In this document: one piece after another, positions 51,462 to 61,578 of the stretch | How positions within the stretch are numbered: the stretch's first letter is position 1 | Layout of the letters: each line of letters starts with the position of its first letter | Assembly: GCA_041752935.1 (NCBI GenBank) | Contig: JBGSVN010000024.1 | Coordinates: 32,262-96,261 of the forward strand | DNA from: Patescibacteria group bacterium | Lineage (GTDB): Bacteria > Patescibacteriota > Patescibacteriia > 2-12-FULL-60-25 | Length of the DNA: 64,000 nt | Direction: 5' to 3' | Notes under the pieces: generated by a model | What the model saw: the letters and a program-made list of their open reading frames with translations, nothing else | Told to the model about the DNA's origin: nothing | The model's database searches: none | Program-made: the position numbers and the translations under genes

Positions 51462-51839
51462 ATGGCCGGACTCGCAAGCAAACGGAACGGGAAGAAAGGC
51501 GGCCGTCCGAAGGGAACGGTCAGCTTTGAGACGCGCATCCAGAAGCAGATCAAGCGCAAGCTTCTTTCGGCTGTAAGCAAGGAGTTCAAGCCCATCATGG
51601 AAGCGATTCTTGATTCAGCCAAAGGACTCACGCTCTACGTTCCAGGCAAAGACGGCAGGCGCGACAAGGTGTACCGCCGAAGCCCGAACGTCGACATGCT
51701 GAAGTACATCATGGACCAAGTCGCGGGCAAGGCGTCGACGCCTATCGAAGTCGAAGGGGAGCTCGAGGTCGGTAACCTGCAGGAATTTATCTATGCCGCG
51801 TATGAAGCCTCGGAACACAAGCGACGCGGACGTTCTTGA
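51462..51839 (+). CDS. putative small terminase subunit
   Basis: 125 aa with a basic N-terminus (KRNGKKGGRPKGT). It sits immediately upstream of, and overlaps, the large terminase gene. Confidence 0.45.
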   Translation: MAGLASKRNGKKGGRPKGTVSFETRIQKQIKRKLLSAVSKEFKPIMEAILDSAKGLTLYVPGKDGRRDKVYRRSPNVDMLKYIMDQVAGKASTPIEVEGELEVGNLQEFIYAAYEASEHKRRGRS

Positions 51840-53178
51840 GTCGCTGCAGCGCGACCCCGCCGCTTTCATCGCGTTGTGTTGGCCTGAAGCCGTACTCTGG
51901 GAAAAACAGACGAACGTTGCGGATGCTGTCGCAGGACATAAGCGCGTAGCGGTCCGCTCGGGCCACGGCGTCGGCAAGTCATGGCTCATGGCGCGGCTCG
52001 CTATTTGGTTTCTCACCGTTTTCAAACCATCAAAGGTGGTCACGACGGCACCTTCATGGACGCAGGTCGAGAAAGTTTTGTGGGGAGAGATCGCAACCGC
52101 ATACCGTTCGAGTCGCATTCCTCTCGGAGGGGATCTACTCAACACGCAATGGAAGATCGCCGACGATTGTTTTGCTATCGGCATTTCGACGCGCGAAAGC
52201 GTTGAGCAACGTGATTTCGGTTCGACGAAGCTTCAAGGATTCCACTCCCCGAACCTGCTCGTCATTCTAGACGAAGCTGCAGGCGTACCTCCCGAGATCT
52301 GGACGGCGACGACTTCGCTTGCGACGGGCGAGAATAATCGCATCGTGGCTATCGGCAACCCTGCGAGTCCCTCCGGTCCGTTCTACGATATTTTTAAAAG
52401 CCCTATCTGGCACAAGCTTGAGATTTCGTGCCTCGACCATCCGAACGTGGCCATCGGCGAGACCGTCATTCCCGGCGCAGTCACGAAGGATTGGGTCGAG
52501 GAACGCAAGACGGAATGGGGCGAGAAAAGCCCGCTCTATCAAGCCAAAGTCCTCGGCCAATTCCCCACGGAAGGCTCCGATACGCTCATTCCGCTCACTT
52601 GGGTCGAACGTGCGGTCAATGCCGAGATCGCAGGAGACGAACGCCTATCCATCGGATGCGACGTGGCGCGTTTTGGTGAAGACGAGACCGTTATTTTTAA
52701 ATCCAAAGGCAATACATACGAATTGGTCGAATCTGTCATCAAGCGGCCGACGAATGAGACGGCTGGCCGACTTGTGCTCGCATCCAAGGAAAGCGGTGCG
52801 GAATTCGTGGCCGTAGATGACACGGGCGTTGGAGGTGGCGTCACTGACATGCTGCGCGAACAGGGGATGAGCGTCGTACCCGTGAACTTCGGTTCGGCGG
52901 CGGAAGATCCGGAACGCTTTGCCAATCTCAAGGCGGAAATCTTTTGGAATTTACGCGAGGACTTCGAGAAGACGAATATCTCCATTCCTGATGACCCCAT
53001 ACTCATGAACCAGCTCGCTTCAATCAAGTACGGCCTGACTTCGAAGGGGCAAATCAAGATCGAATCGAAGGACGACGCGAAGAAGCGGGGATTGCGTTCC
53101 CCGGACCGTGCGGATGCTCTCGCTATCTGCCATTACGCCAAGAGAGCGAACTGGATTCCGGAGATGCTGTGGATATAG
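51793..53178 (+). CDS. terminase large subunit
   Basis: An ATPase-like GHGVGKSWLMA with LLVILDEAAGVP is followed by a nuclease half (GCDVARFGEDETVIF...VAVDDTGVGGGVTD). Confidence 0.8.
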   Translation: MPRMKPRNTSDADVLESLQRDPAAFIALCWPEAVLWEKQTNVADAVAGHKRVAVRSGHGVGKSWLMARLAIWFLTVFKPSKVVTTAPSWTQVEKVLWGEIATAYRSSRIPLGGDLLNTQWKIADDCFAIGISTRESVEQRDFGSTKLQGFHSPNLLVILDEAAGVPPEIWTATTSLATGENNRIVAIGNPASPSGPFYDIFKSPIWHKLEISCLDHPNVAIGETVIPGAVTKDWVEERKTEWGEKSPLYQAKVLGQFPTEGSDTLIPLTWVERAVNAEIAGDERLSIGCDVARFGEDETVIFKSKGNTYELVESVIKRPTNETAGRLVLASKESGAEFVAVDDTGVGGGVTDMLREQGMSVVPVNFGSAAEDPERFANLKAEIFWNLREDFEKTNISIPDDPILMNQLASIKYGLTSKGQIKIESKDDAKKRGLRSPDRADALAICHYAKRANWIPEMLWI

Positions 53179-53215
53179 CGGCGTTTTCGGAGACTCGTTC
53201 CGCGATACTCATGCC

Positions 53216-55315
53216 ATGGGAATCGTCGAACGCGCCAAGGACGCATGGTCGGTACTGCGAGGCCGCAAGTCTCTATCTGAAGTCGGTGAGACGCTAGCCT
53301 CATGGTTCCATGGACGAAGCGCCACTGTAACCGGCTGGCAATTCAAGGCCGCCAAGCTGCTCGCCGAAGAAGTCGGAGCAGCAGCTTTTCGTTTGTACAA
53401 AGTCAAAGCCGATGGGACATGGTCCGAGATTGATTCGAATCCGATACTTGATATCTTGCATCGTCCCAATCCGAACGCAACGCATGCGGAACTATTCGAA
53501 GCCGTCAGCATGTCACTCGACTTCTACGGGAACGCTTTTCTTTTCCTTGAAGGAGCTGATTCTCCAACCTCGAAGCCCAAAGCGCTCTATCCGCTCAAGC
53601 CGCAGCACGTTTCCATTGTCCGGACTGACGGATTTCCGGACACGATTCTTTCGTACAAGTATCGGCACAAAGCGCGGGAGTATGTTTTTCAACCACACCA
53701 GATTCTCCACATCAGGGAATCAAATCCCGATGACCCGCTTGTCGGGCTTGGCGCGGTTCAGGCCATGGCCGATGCCGTTGACCTCGACCATGCCGCTCGC
53801 GTTTGGAATCGCGCGTTTTTCCGTAACAGTGCACGCCCGGATCTCATTCTCAAGTCCAAATTCAAGACGCGTGAGCAGATGGATCCCATTCGTGCGCAGT
53901 TCGAGGACAAATATCAGGGTGCGGAGAACGCCCACAAGATCGCCATTCTCCCCGATGGCGTTGAACCGGAAAAAATGGGCTGGAGCCAAAAGGACATGGA
54001 TTTCGTCGAGCAGCTCCGCTGGTCGCGTGATGACATTCTGTCTGGCCTTCGCACCCCCCATGTCGTACTTGGGCTTGGAGCCGGGGAGAATTTAAATCGT
54101 GCGACTGCCGAAGCCACGAACTACATCTATGCGCTCCGGACCGTCATGCCTCGTCTTCGAAGGATTGCCGCATTTTTTAATGCGTATCTCGTAATCCGAT
54201 TCGGCAAAGATTTGGTGATTGATTTCGACAATGTCGTTCCCGATGACGAAGACTTACAAGTTCGGAAGCGTATAGCCGCTCTCGGAGGTGCACCATATGA
54301 AAGCCTGAACGAAGTCCGTGACGAGCTTGGCCTGCCTGCCGTCGATGGCGGGGATTCCGTCATGGCCCCGTATTCCCAGACGCCCATCGGCTCGCCCAAG
54401 GAGGCCAAAGCCCGACGAAAGCCGCCGCAAACGGCCTATCCCGCCCTCAAAGCGGCCAAAGAAGATTCCGCCGTGTCTTCAGCGATTCATAGCGCCGTGG
54501 ATGCCGCCGTTTCCAAAGCCGCTGATAAAATCGAGACTGCGAAAAAAAGTACGGGCGAAGATCACAAGGAGGCGTCGTGGCGCAATTTCGTGTCACGAGT
54601 TTCGCCGTACGAGATTTTGCTCAAGAAGCGAATGGCCGAATATGCGACCGAAATGATCCAGCGCGTTGAAGAGAATCTCGAAGCCGCCTCGAAGGATGTG
54701 GACTTGGCGAAACTGCTCGACCGCAAAGATGATGTGCGTCTCTTGATTCAGGTTTCCTCTCCGACTTTGAGCGAGCTGTATCGAAGCGAAGGCGAGGCTA
54801 TCGCGTCCGACATCGGATCTGCCTTTGATGCGACTCTCGCTCGCATTCGTGAAGCCGTGGATAGAATGGCGGCATTGCTCGCACAAAATTACCACGATGA
54901 AACCGTGAGGCTGTTGCGCGAAGCATTGAATGCCAGCACGGAGGCAGGGGAAGGTTTCGACAAACTAAAAACCCGCATCCGAGACATCGGAGATTTTTCA
55001 TCCAACGTCCGTGCATCACGCGTGGCACGCACCGAAGCGTTCCGCGTTGCCAACGACGCAGGCCGCGAAGCCTATCGCCAAGCCGGAGTGAAGAAACTCG
55101 TCTGGTACACGGCCAAAGATGAGCGAGTATGCGAATTCTGCGGACCGGAAGACGGACGCGTGGTCGGCATCGAAGAAAATTATTACGAGAAGGGCGATGT
55201 CATCCAAGGACGCGATGGCGGCGTTTTGAATATCGATTATTCGAACATCGGAGGCGGTGCGCTCCATCCCAACTGCCGCTGCCGCGTCGTGCAGTACATC
55301 GAAGGCTTGGAGTGA
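53216..55315 (+). CDS. portal protein (HK97-family-like) fused to an SPP1 gp7/Mu F-like minor head protein domain
   Basis: The N-terminal ~400 aa are portal-like (NPILDILHRPNP..., FFRNSARPD, ...). The C-terminal VARTEAFRVANDAGREAYRQAGVKKLVWYTAKDERVCEFCGPEDGRVV...HPNCRCRV is the Mu F/gp7 signature. Confidence 0.75.
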   Translation: MGIVERAKDAWSVLRGRKSLSEVGETLASWFHGRSATVTGWQFKAAKLLAEEVGAAAFRLYKVKADGTWSEIDSNPILDILHRPNPNATHAELFEAVSMSLDFYGNAFLFLEGADSPTSKPKALYPLKPQHVSIVRTDGFPDTILSYKYRHKAREYVFQPHQILHIRESNPDDPLVGLGAVQAMADAVDLDHAARVWNRAFFRNSARPDLILKSKFKTREQMDPIRAQFEDKYQGAENAHKIAILPDGVEPEKMGWSQKDMDFVEQLRWSRDDILSGLRTPHVVLGLGAGENLNRATAEATNYIYALRTVMPRLRRIAAFFNAYLVIRFGKDLVIDFDNVVPDDEDLQVRKRIAALGGAPYESLNEVRDELGLPAVDGGDSVMAPYSQTPIGSPKEAKARRKPPQTAYPALKAAKEDSAVSSAIHSAVDAAVSKAADKIETAKKSTGEDHKEASWRNFVSRVSPYEILLKKRMAEYATEMIQRVEENLEAASKDVDLAKLLDRKDDVRLLIQVSSPTLSELYRSEGEAIASDIGSAFDATLARIREAVDRMAALLAQNYHDETVRLLREALNASTEAGEGFDKLKTRIRDIGDFSSNVRASRVARTEAFRVANDAGREAYRQAGVKKLVWYTAKDERVCEFCGPEDGRVVGIEENYYEKGDVIQGRDGGVLNIDYSNIGGGALHPNCRCRVVQYIEGLE

Positions 55316-55379
55316 TTGTGGATAATCCAGCCTTTTAACCCATGCGTCCCTCTACGCTTATCACCATACGGCTCACGCT

Positions 55380-56225
55380 ATGCAACTAGAAAAACTCCAA
55401 CTCAAGGCGTTCGTACGCAAATCCGAGAACGGACGGCTGACCGTCGTCGCGTCGGACGAAACCGTCGATCGCTCGGGCGAAGCCATTCCCATCGACACAT
55501 GGGATCTCACGAACTTCCGGAAATCCCCGCGCCTGCTCATCGACCATGACTATTCCGTGAAGTCCATCGTGGGGCTCGCCGAGAATATCCGTACCGAGAA
55601 TCGTCAGCTTTTATTCGAGCCTCTGTTCCACGCCATCACCCAAGCAGCCAGGGAAACGGACGAGATGGTGGTGCAAGGATTTCTCGACACCGTTTCGGTC
55701 GGTTTCCAACGGAAAGAAGTGGATGGACGGATCGCAAACGAACTTCTCGAGATCAGTTTCGTCGCCGTTCCCTGTAATCCGAGCGCCCGCACCTTGTCCG
55801 TGAAGGACATCGGGCCGGAGGAGGAGAAAGCGGTCGAGGCATTCGTCTCGAAGACGGAAGAACCGGAAACGCCTCCCGCACCGGATCCCATTCCTCCCAA
55901 GGAAGAGGAAACGAAGACGGAGCTGGACGCGGAAGAGAAAACCGGACGGATGCTTTCGGAAAAGAGCCGGCAATCCATTGAATCGACCATCAATCTTTTG
56001 GAACAGGCTAACGGAGCTTTGCGGCAGCTGCTCGATGCGGCGGGTTCGCAGGGTTCCGAGGGGAAAACGTCCGACGATGGCGGAACCCCGAAACAAAGGT
56101 CGAGTGGCGCAGGATCCGAAGAGGAAGTCTTTAAGCAATGGCTCCTCATGAAGCAGGTCTTGCGCGCCGTGAACACGGCAACGTCGGACGCTCTCGCTAA
56201 GAGCAAAATCTTTATTCGACAATAA
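55380..56225 (+). CDS. HK97-family prohead protease with a C-terminal scaffold-like region
   Basis: ASDETVDRSGEAIPIDTWDLTNFRKSPRLLIDHDY...EISFVAVPCNPSA is followed by an acidic, helical tail. It lies between portal and capsid. Confidence 0.75.
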   Translation: MQLEKLQLKAFVRKSENGRLTVVASDETVDRSGEAIPIDTWDLTNFRKSPRLLIDHDYSVKSIVGLAENIRTENRQLLFEPLFHAITQAARETDEMVVQGFLDTVSVGFQRKEVDGRIANELLEISFVAVPCNPSARTLSVKDIGPEEEKAVEAFVSKTEEPETPPAPDPIPPKEEETKTELDAEEKTGRMLSEKSRQSIESTINLLEQANGALRQLLDAAGSQGSEGKTSDDGGTPKQRSSGAGSEEEVFKQWLLMKQVLRAVNTATSDALAKSKIFIRQ

Positions 56226-56235
56226 TAACCCACCT

Positions 56236-57420
56236 ATGTTGAAAGAATTGGAACAGTTCAAGTCGGAACTCGCGGAGGATATCAAGGGTCACCTCGATAC
56301 CGCTCTCCAAGAGAAAGTGAAGACGCTGATCGGTGACGAACGCGCGGGTATTGTGCGCGAAGCCGTCGAACAGCTGCGCGTTGAGAAGTTTATGCTCGGC
56401 CACGACAAGACCGGCCTTTCCGACGCTCAGAAGTCGGAGTTTGCGAAGTTCGTGAAGTCCATCGCCATCCCATCGGCTGTCAAAGCCAATGAGACCATCA
56501 TCGGCGAGCAGGATTCTCGCGGTGGCTACCTTGTGCCGACCGAAGTCGCTAATGCCATTTTGCGTGTGGCTGCAACCGTTGGCGTCGCCATGAGCCAATG
56601 TGCGCGCTGGGACATGAAAACGGACGAGCTCGATATTCCGAGCTACGCCGGTTCGTTCCTCGAAGGCGAATATCTTGGTGTCGATGCCGCAGGCAACGTC
56701 ACGGGTATCACCTTCAAGATGGCGCGCCTCTTGGCCAAGCCATGGCAGCTCGCGTTCGTGGTCGGCAAGGATCTCTTGGCCGATGCGACGCCAGCCGTCG
56801 GCGAATGGCTGATCGCTCTCGCAGCGGAAGCTTTGGCCAACATGGTCGACAAGCAGGTCTTCATCGGTACGGGCAATCCGTTCGTCGGCATCATGTCGAG
56901 TGCGGATGTTGCGGCCTACAGCCTCGCTTCCGGCGCGACCGGATTCGGAAACTATAAGGTCGTGGACGATTCCTCGGATGTGATTGCAAACGTGGAAGAG
57001 TCAGTGCTCGATTCGGCCGCCTTTTACTTCAGCCGCACCAACTGGGCGAAGTTCCGCGCGCAGAAAGACACGGCGGGCAACTACTTGCTCCCGCAAGCCG
57101 GTTCGCTATTGTCTGCCAATCCTCGGAACGGCGGTCCGAAACCCGCAGGCGAGATCCTCGGATTTCCGGTCTACACCGTCCGCCATCTTCCGGCCTACAG
57201 CGCTTCCGCCGCAGGCACCAAGTTCGGCGTGTTCGGTAACCTCAAGGCTGTCGCTCTCGGCATGAAAGGCGAAATGGAAATGGAACGCTATAACTCCGGT
57301 ACGTTCGGCGGCAAGGAAATCGCCTTGGCTCGTCAGGTCGGAATGGTCATGGGTAACCGCCATGCGGCCGTGATCGCTCTGGCTGCCGCCCTTACGACCA
57401 TCAAGACGGCCGCGTCCTAA
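56236..57420 (+). CDS. major capsid protein, HK97 fold family
   Basis: 394 aa. An N-terminal coiled delta-domain is followed by GGYLVPTEVANAIL... in the protease-capsid order. Confidence 0.8.
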   Translation: MLKELEQFKSELAEDIKGHLDTALQEKVKTLIGDERAGIVREAVEQLRVEKFMLGHDKTGLSDAQKSEFAKFVKSIAIPSAVKANETIIGEQDSRGGYLVPTEVANAILRVAATVGVAMSQCARWDMKTDELDIPSYAGSFLEGEYLGVDAAGNVTGITFKMARLLAKPWQLAFVVGKDLLADATPAVGEWLIALAAEALANMVDKQVFIGTGNPFVGIMSSADVAAYSLASGATGFGNYKVVDDSSDVIANVEESVLDSAAFYFSRTNWAKFRAQKDTAGNYLLPQAGSLLSANPRNGGPKPAGEILGFPVYTVRHLPAYSASAAGTKFGVFGNLKAVALGMKGEMEMERYNSGTFGGKEIALARQVGMVMGNRHAAVIALAAALTTIKTAAS

Positions 57421-57425
57421 TCCCT

Positions 57426-57770
57426 ATGGGTACTTACAAGGTCCTGAAACCCATCGGCTGGTCGGGCCGGCGCGAGCGGGGAGAGGTGCTCGAGATGACC
57501 GAAGCGGAAGCGTCCGCTTTCGGTCCCGATTATCTCGAACCCGTCGTGCCCAAGACCGACGATGAGGACTCCAGCAGCGAACTTCCGACAAAGGAAGAGA
57601 TCGCCAAGCTGAAGAAGCCTGAAGTCACCGCGGTGCTCGAGAAACTCGGTATCACGTTCGATGAATCCGCTTCCGTCGGAGAGTTGCGCGACTTGCTCGC
57701 GGAGAGCCTGCCTCAAGCCCAAGAGGACGGCGATAACAAACCAAAGACCGACGAGGGCGCGTCGGCATAA
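57426..57770 (+). CDS. phage protein with a SAP/HeH (Rho_N-like) motif
   Basis: KKPEVTAVLEKLGITFDESASVGELRDLLAE, with acidic linkers. Confidence 0.5.
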   Translation: MGTYKVLKPIGWSGRRERGEVLEMTEAEASAFGPDYLEPVVPKTDDEDSSSELPTKEEIAKLKKPEVTAVLEKLGITFDESASVGELRDLLAESLPQAQEDGDNKPKTDEGASA

Positions 57771-57779
57771 CCCATTGCT

Positions 57780-58196
57780 ATGAAGAATATCGGAGACAAC
57801 GTCAAACCCGTGGCATCCCTCGTACCTGCCGTTCGCACCGCGAACGCAAACGGTGGCGTCATCGACACCATGGGCTACGACAACCTCGAAGTCGTGGTTT
57901 CAGCCGGTGACATCGATCTTGCGGACACCGACGAAACGTACGTGGTGAAGCTCCAGGAGGGAGCTGCCTCGAACGGATCGGATGCGGCCGACATCACGGG
58001 CGCATCAGTCGCCATCACCGCCGATAACCAGCTCAAAACCATTCGCGTGAACGGTTTGGGTGTGGGCAGCCGCAAGCGCTATATGCGTGCGGTGCTCACG
58101 GTTGGCGGAACGACCCCGTCCATCCCATGTGCCGTCCTATTCAACCTCGGACGTGCACATTCGAACCCTGCAAATACGCCAGACGCTTCCGTCTAG
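57780..58196 (+). CDS. virion-associated hypothetical protein (possible head decoration protein)
   Basis: 138 aa and beta-rich, positioned after the capsid gene. Confidence 0.4.
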   Translation: MKNIGDNVKPVASLVPAVRTANANGGVIDTMGYDNLEVVVSAGDIDLADTDETYVVKLQEGAASNGSDAADITGASVAITADNQLKTIRVNGLGVGSRKRYMRAVLTVGGTTPSIPCAVLFNLGRAHSNPANTPDASV

Positions 58197-58247
58197 GCCA
58201 GAGGGCATCCGCTCCGCATTCATGCGGGGCGGTTCCATCCGGCTTCT

Positions 58248-58862
58248 ATGGCTACCGTTCCCCACGCGCTCACGACCCTCCAGCGGGTCAAAGACCGGCT
58301 CGGACTTACGTCAGCCGGTTTTGACGCGCTCCTAGAACGCCTGATCGATGCGTCCACGGATTTTATCGAATCGCATTGCGGCAGACGCTTCAAAGAAAAT
58401 ACCTATTCCAATGAGCTCTGCCTCATGGAATCCGACGGGGGACGGATACTCATGCTGAAACAGTCACCGGTATCGGCGCTTTCAGCCCTTCAATACCGCC
58501 TTGGCACGCCTGATAACCCATCTTGGACGACGTATTTGGCAAGCGAATTCGAACTGGTCGGCGACGGATCATCCGGACTCGTTCGGATTTATTCCGGCGT
58601 TCCGAAAGGCACGAATAATCTTCGCGCAACCTACACTGCCGGCTACAAGATCGACTTTACGAATCCATACACGGCGACGCACACGCTTCCGTTTGATCTT
58701 TCAGACTTGTGCGAACGACTTATCGTCAAAGCGTTCAAGAAGCGGGAGGCTGACGGCAAGCAATCCGAATCTGCAGGGGAGGCAAGCGTTGTCTGGATGC
58801 AGAATCTCGAACCCGAGGAGATTGCGACCCTCGAACGCTATCGCCGCGTCTTTCTGCCTTGA
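58248..58862 (+). CDS. head-tail connector (gp6-like) protein
   Basis: The N-terminal LQRVKDRLGLTSAGFDALLERLIDASTDFIESHCGRRF is typical of phage gp6-like adaptors. Confidence 0.6.
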   Translation: MATVPHALTTLQRVKDRLGLTSAGFDALLERLIDASTDFIESHCGRRFKENTYSNELCLMESDGGRILMLKQSPVSALSALQYRLGTPDNPSWTTYLASEFELVGDGSSGLVRIYSGVPKGTNNLRATYTAGYKIDFTNPYTATHTLPFDLSDLCERLIVKAFKKREADGKQSESAGEASVVWMQNLEPEEIATLERYRRVFLP

Positions 58863-58863
58863 T

Positions 58864-59250
58864 ATGGCTCTCCGCATTGAAATTAAAAATCTTGACCGTC
58901 TCATCCAAGCTGTCGGACGCTCGCCGGCGGATGCCGAACGGGAACTTGAAGCCGCACTCGACGATGCGGTTGGAATTATTTCCAACCTATCGCTCAAGCG
59001 TTTCGGCATCGTCCCGTATCGCCACGGTTTTCTTTCCAATTCTTTCGAGCTAGGGAAGATCCGGGCGCGATTATTCCGCGCCATCGGTCCGACGGTCGAG
59101 TACGCCGCCTATGTGAACTACGGCACTCGCTATATCAAGCCACGTCTCTACATGGAGAAGCTGGTCGAGCGCGCAAAGCCTTTCATTGATAAACGATTCG
59201 AGGAAGCGGTTGCTCGCATTCCTGATCGCATCGTCGAATTCGCAGATTGA
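58864..59250 (+). CDS. HK97 gp10-family head-tail joining protein
   Basis: GFLSNSFE...VEYAAYVNYGTRYIKPRLYM matches the gp10-family pattern. Confidence 0.6.
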   Translation: MALRIEIKNLDRLIQAVGRSPADAERELEAALDDAVGIISNLSLKRFGIVPYRHGFLSNSFELGKIRARLFRAIGPTVEYAAYVNYGTRYIKPRLYMEKLVERAKPFIDKRFEEAVARIPDRIVEFAD

Positions 59251-59251
59251 T

Positions 59252-59689
59252 ATGTCATTTGTCGCTATCCGCGCCGGCCTCAAAGCCAAACTCGATGCTC
59301 GCAAGACTGCGGGCGTGCTTGGCGAGGTCTACAACGGCGAGCAGGACCAGCAGGGGATGGATATAGCGGCGTACCCGGTCGCAGAACTTCGACGCGCAAC
59401 CAGCGAAGGTTCTTTTTTTACGAACCGCGAAGATCTGATCGAGTATCAATTCGACATCCTGCTCTATGCGGAAATGGGAAACCAAGGAGCATCGGCGGCC
59501 GAGAAGTCGCTTGACGCCGTGCTCGACAATCTTATCTATGAGTTCGCCCATGACCGAGATCTCGGAGGCATCTGCGACGGAGCGATTTGGCCGGCACTTT
59601 CCCGTTCAGGCGTCATCGAATGGCGCGGCAAACCTCACTACGTTTCGGTCCTGACGCTCCGCTGCCGGAAGATTCAGGACAACGGGTAG
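59252..59689 (+). CDS. putative neck/tail-terminator protein
   Basis: 145 aa in the slot between gp10-like and tail-tube-like genes. The assignment is by position only. Confidence 0.35.
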   Translation: MSFVAIRAGLKAKLDARKTAGVLGEVYNGEQDQQGMDIAAYPVAELRRATSEGSFFTNREDLIEYQFDILLYAEMGNQGASAAEKSLDAVLDNLIYEFAHDRDLGGICDGAIWPALSRSGVIEWRGKPHYVSVLTLRCRKIQDNG

Positions 59690-59740
59690 CTGTGGATTAG
59701 TCACGCATTCCGGAAACCCATCCCGATACGCTGTATCCGT

Positions 59741-59947
59741 ATGATCGAGAAAGCCGAAAACAAAGCCCTCTCCCAAGCTCCCCGCTCGAAAAGCGAAGAG
59801 CGCCGCCTTGCCGCCCAGAATGAAGCGGTGCAGGAGGAGTGGTATTTCAGCGCGGATGGAGGCCGTCCGCCCACGACTATCCAAGCAAAATCTTTTGACG
59901 AAGCGGTCGCGGAATATAACCGCCGCTACGCATTAACCAACCCATAA
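59741..59947 (+). CDS. phage hypothetical protein
   Basis: 68-aa ORF in the same-strand array. Confidence 0.4.
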   Translation: MIEKAENKALSQAPRSKSEERRLAAQNEAVQEEWYFSADGGRPPTTIQAKSFDEAVAEYNRRYALTNP

Positions 59948-59950
59948 CCT

Positions 59951-60919
59951 ATGGCAAAATTCATCGGTTCGCGCATTGATCTCGGGATCGGGAAAGAAAC
60001 CTCCCGAGGTACGGCCGTTGCGCCCGGCTACTGGCTCCGTCCGTCCGAAGTTTCGGTCGACGAGCACATCATGCAATCCGTCGACGAGTCCAGCCGGAAC
60101 TTGATCGAGGATTCCGTGGACGCGCAGCTTGTCGGTAAATACGGCGAGGGAAACTTTACCCTCCCCATCCGTGACAAATCTTTCGGCTTGCTCATGCTGG
60201 CCTTATTCGGTTCCGTCGCAGACTCGACCGTCGAGACCGGCGTTTATGACCACGTCTACTCAGTCCAGCAGTCCAACCAGCACCAATCCCTTTCGCTCCA
60301 CCTGAAAGAAGCGAACGCGGGCAAGGATTATGTTCTCGCCATGCTGACCGACATGGAATTCGCGGTCGAGCTTGAAAAACACGCCATGGGCAAGTTCGGA
60401 TTCCGTTCCAAGACGGGAGCAACGCAATCCCGTTCCGCGACCTATGTCGCGGAGAACATCTTCCTGCCGACGCATGGCGAAATTCGCTTTGCGAGTTCGC
60501 TAGCGGGCCTTGCAGGCGCGTCGGCAGTGAAGGTGCGTTCAGTCACCTTAAAAGTCACGAAGAACGTGGAAGAAGATCGAGCGCTCGGCGATGCCAATCC
60601 GCAGGACATCCTGAATCGCTTATTTCAGGTGGAGGGCGAGATCACGCTTGTCTACGACGACCAATCGCAAGTGACAAACCTCTTGGCCAACACCGTTCAA
60701 GCGGTACGCATCGATCTCACGAATGCATCCGTCACCATCGGCGCGGCTTCGAGCCCTCGAGTGCGCTACGAGCTCGCCAAAGCATTGCTTTCAGAAGTCT
60801 CTCGTTCCATAGGCAAAGGCGATGTGGTCCTGCAGACGCTCAAATTCAAAGCGTTCTACTCGGAATCCGACTCAGCCATGATGACCGGCACCGTTCGGAA
60901 CACGGTCGCGTCCTACTGA
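59951..60919 (+). CDS. major tail (tube)-like structural protein
   Basis: 322 aa and beta-rich (GNFTLPIRDKSFG, VEGEITLVYDD, LKFKAFY), positioned after the connector genes. Confidence 0.45.
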   Translation: MAKFIGSRIDLGIGKETSRGTAVAPGYWLRPSEVSVDEHIMQSVDESSRNLIEDSVDAQLVGKYGEGNFTLPIRDKSFGLLMLALFGSVADSTVETGVYDHVYSVQQSNQHQSLSLHLKEANAGKDYVLAMLTDMEFAVELEKHAMGKFGFRSKTGATQSRSATYVAENIFLPTHGEIRFASSLAGLAGASAVKVRSVTLKVTKNVEEDRALGDANPQDILNRLFQVEGEITLVYDDQSQVTNLLANTVQAVRIDLTNASVTIGAASSPRVRYELAKALLSEVSRSIGKGDVVLQTLKFKAFYSESDSAMMTGTVRNTVASY

Positions 60920-60920
60920 T

Positions 60921-61001
60921 ATGCGCGGCTGCCTCGTTCCTATCGGAGTGGGAGCCATGGTCATCGTGATTGCCTTTTACGCAATAAAAATAGCTACCTG
61001 A
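60921..61001 (+). CDS. possible 26-aa single-TM peptide
   Basis: MRGCLVPIGVGAMVIVIAFYAIKIAT. Its ATG is 1 nt after the upstream stop. It is too short for the ORF track. Confidence 0.3.
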   Translation: MRGCLVPIGVGAMVIVIAFYAIKIAT

Positions 61002-61004
61002 CAT

Positions 61005-61253
61005 ATGGAACCCACATCCTTTTTGCAGGATCTCGGAAGCCTCGGCCCGGCTCTCGGGTCTGTCGCCGTCATCGGCATCATTTGCTGGAAACTCCTGCAG
61101 ATATTCGAGAAACACGGTGCGGCCATTGAGAGCTTTTCCGCCGCGCTCCAAGGGCAAACGGAAGTCCTAAAAGAAATCGACAAAAACATGCAGGCCAACA
61201 CCCAAGCCACGGAACGCATGTCGATGCTCTTGCAGCAGAAAACCACGAGCTAA
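61005..61253 (+). CDS. single-TM protein, holin candidate
   Basis: One TM (LGPALGSVAVIGIICWKLL) plus a charged C-terminal helix. It lies upstream of the amidase. Confidence 0.4.
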   Translation: MEPTSFLQDLGSLGPALGSVAVIGIICWKLLQIFEKHGAAIESFSAALQGQTEVLKEIDKNMQANTQATERMSMLLQQKTTS

Positions 61254-61329
61254 CCGGCCTGTGGATTTCCGGGCCATTCAGCCGGACTGATTCTTTATCC
61301 TGAATCCATAACCCATTTAACCGACACCT

Positions 61330-61560
61330 ATGTTGTATCGCTTCATCAAGAAGGACGGGAACGTCGAACGCATCGGAGACATCGATGCTGAGTCTCTCGA
61401 ATCCAAGCTTCAGGGCTACCTGAACAACGGCTTCGAACTTGCGAACGCCGAAGAGCACGACCAACAGGTCATCGGAGCGGTGAACCGCCAGCTCGAAATG
61501 GCCAACGAGAAGATCGTCGAACTCGAAGGGAAGCTCGAAGAGAAAGGGGAGGCCGCCTAA
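61330..61560 (+). CDS. phage hypothetical coiled-coil protein
   Basis: 76 aa with a C-terminal EMANEKIVELEGKLEEKGE. Confidence 0.4.
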   Translation: MLYRFIKKDGNVERIGDIDAESLESKLQGYLNNGFELANAEEHDQQVIGAVNRQLEMANEKIVELEGKLEEKGEAA

Positions 61561-61578
61561 CTGGCGGCCTTCGGGCAT

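Noticed and set aside
55604-56598. Long minus-strand ORFs (209, 224 and 128 aa) across the protease/capsid genes, and similar ones at 47838..48447, 50071..50553, 51615..52184, 52539..53057 and 61078..61611
   Set aside because: These are typical stop-poor antisense frames of GC-rich coding DNA. The plus-strand genes have clear phage structural or enzymatic homology and tight operon spacing.
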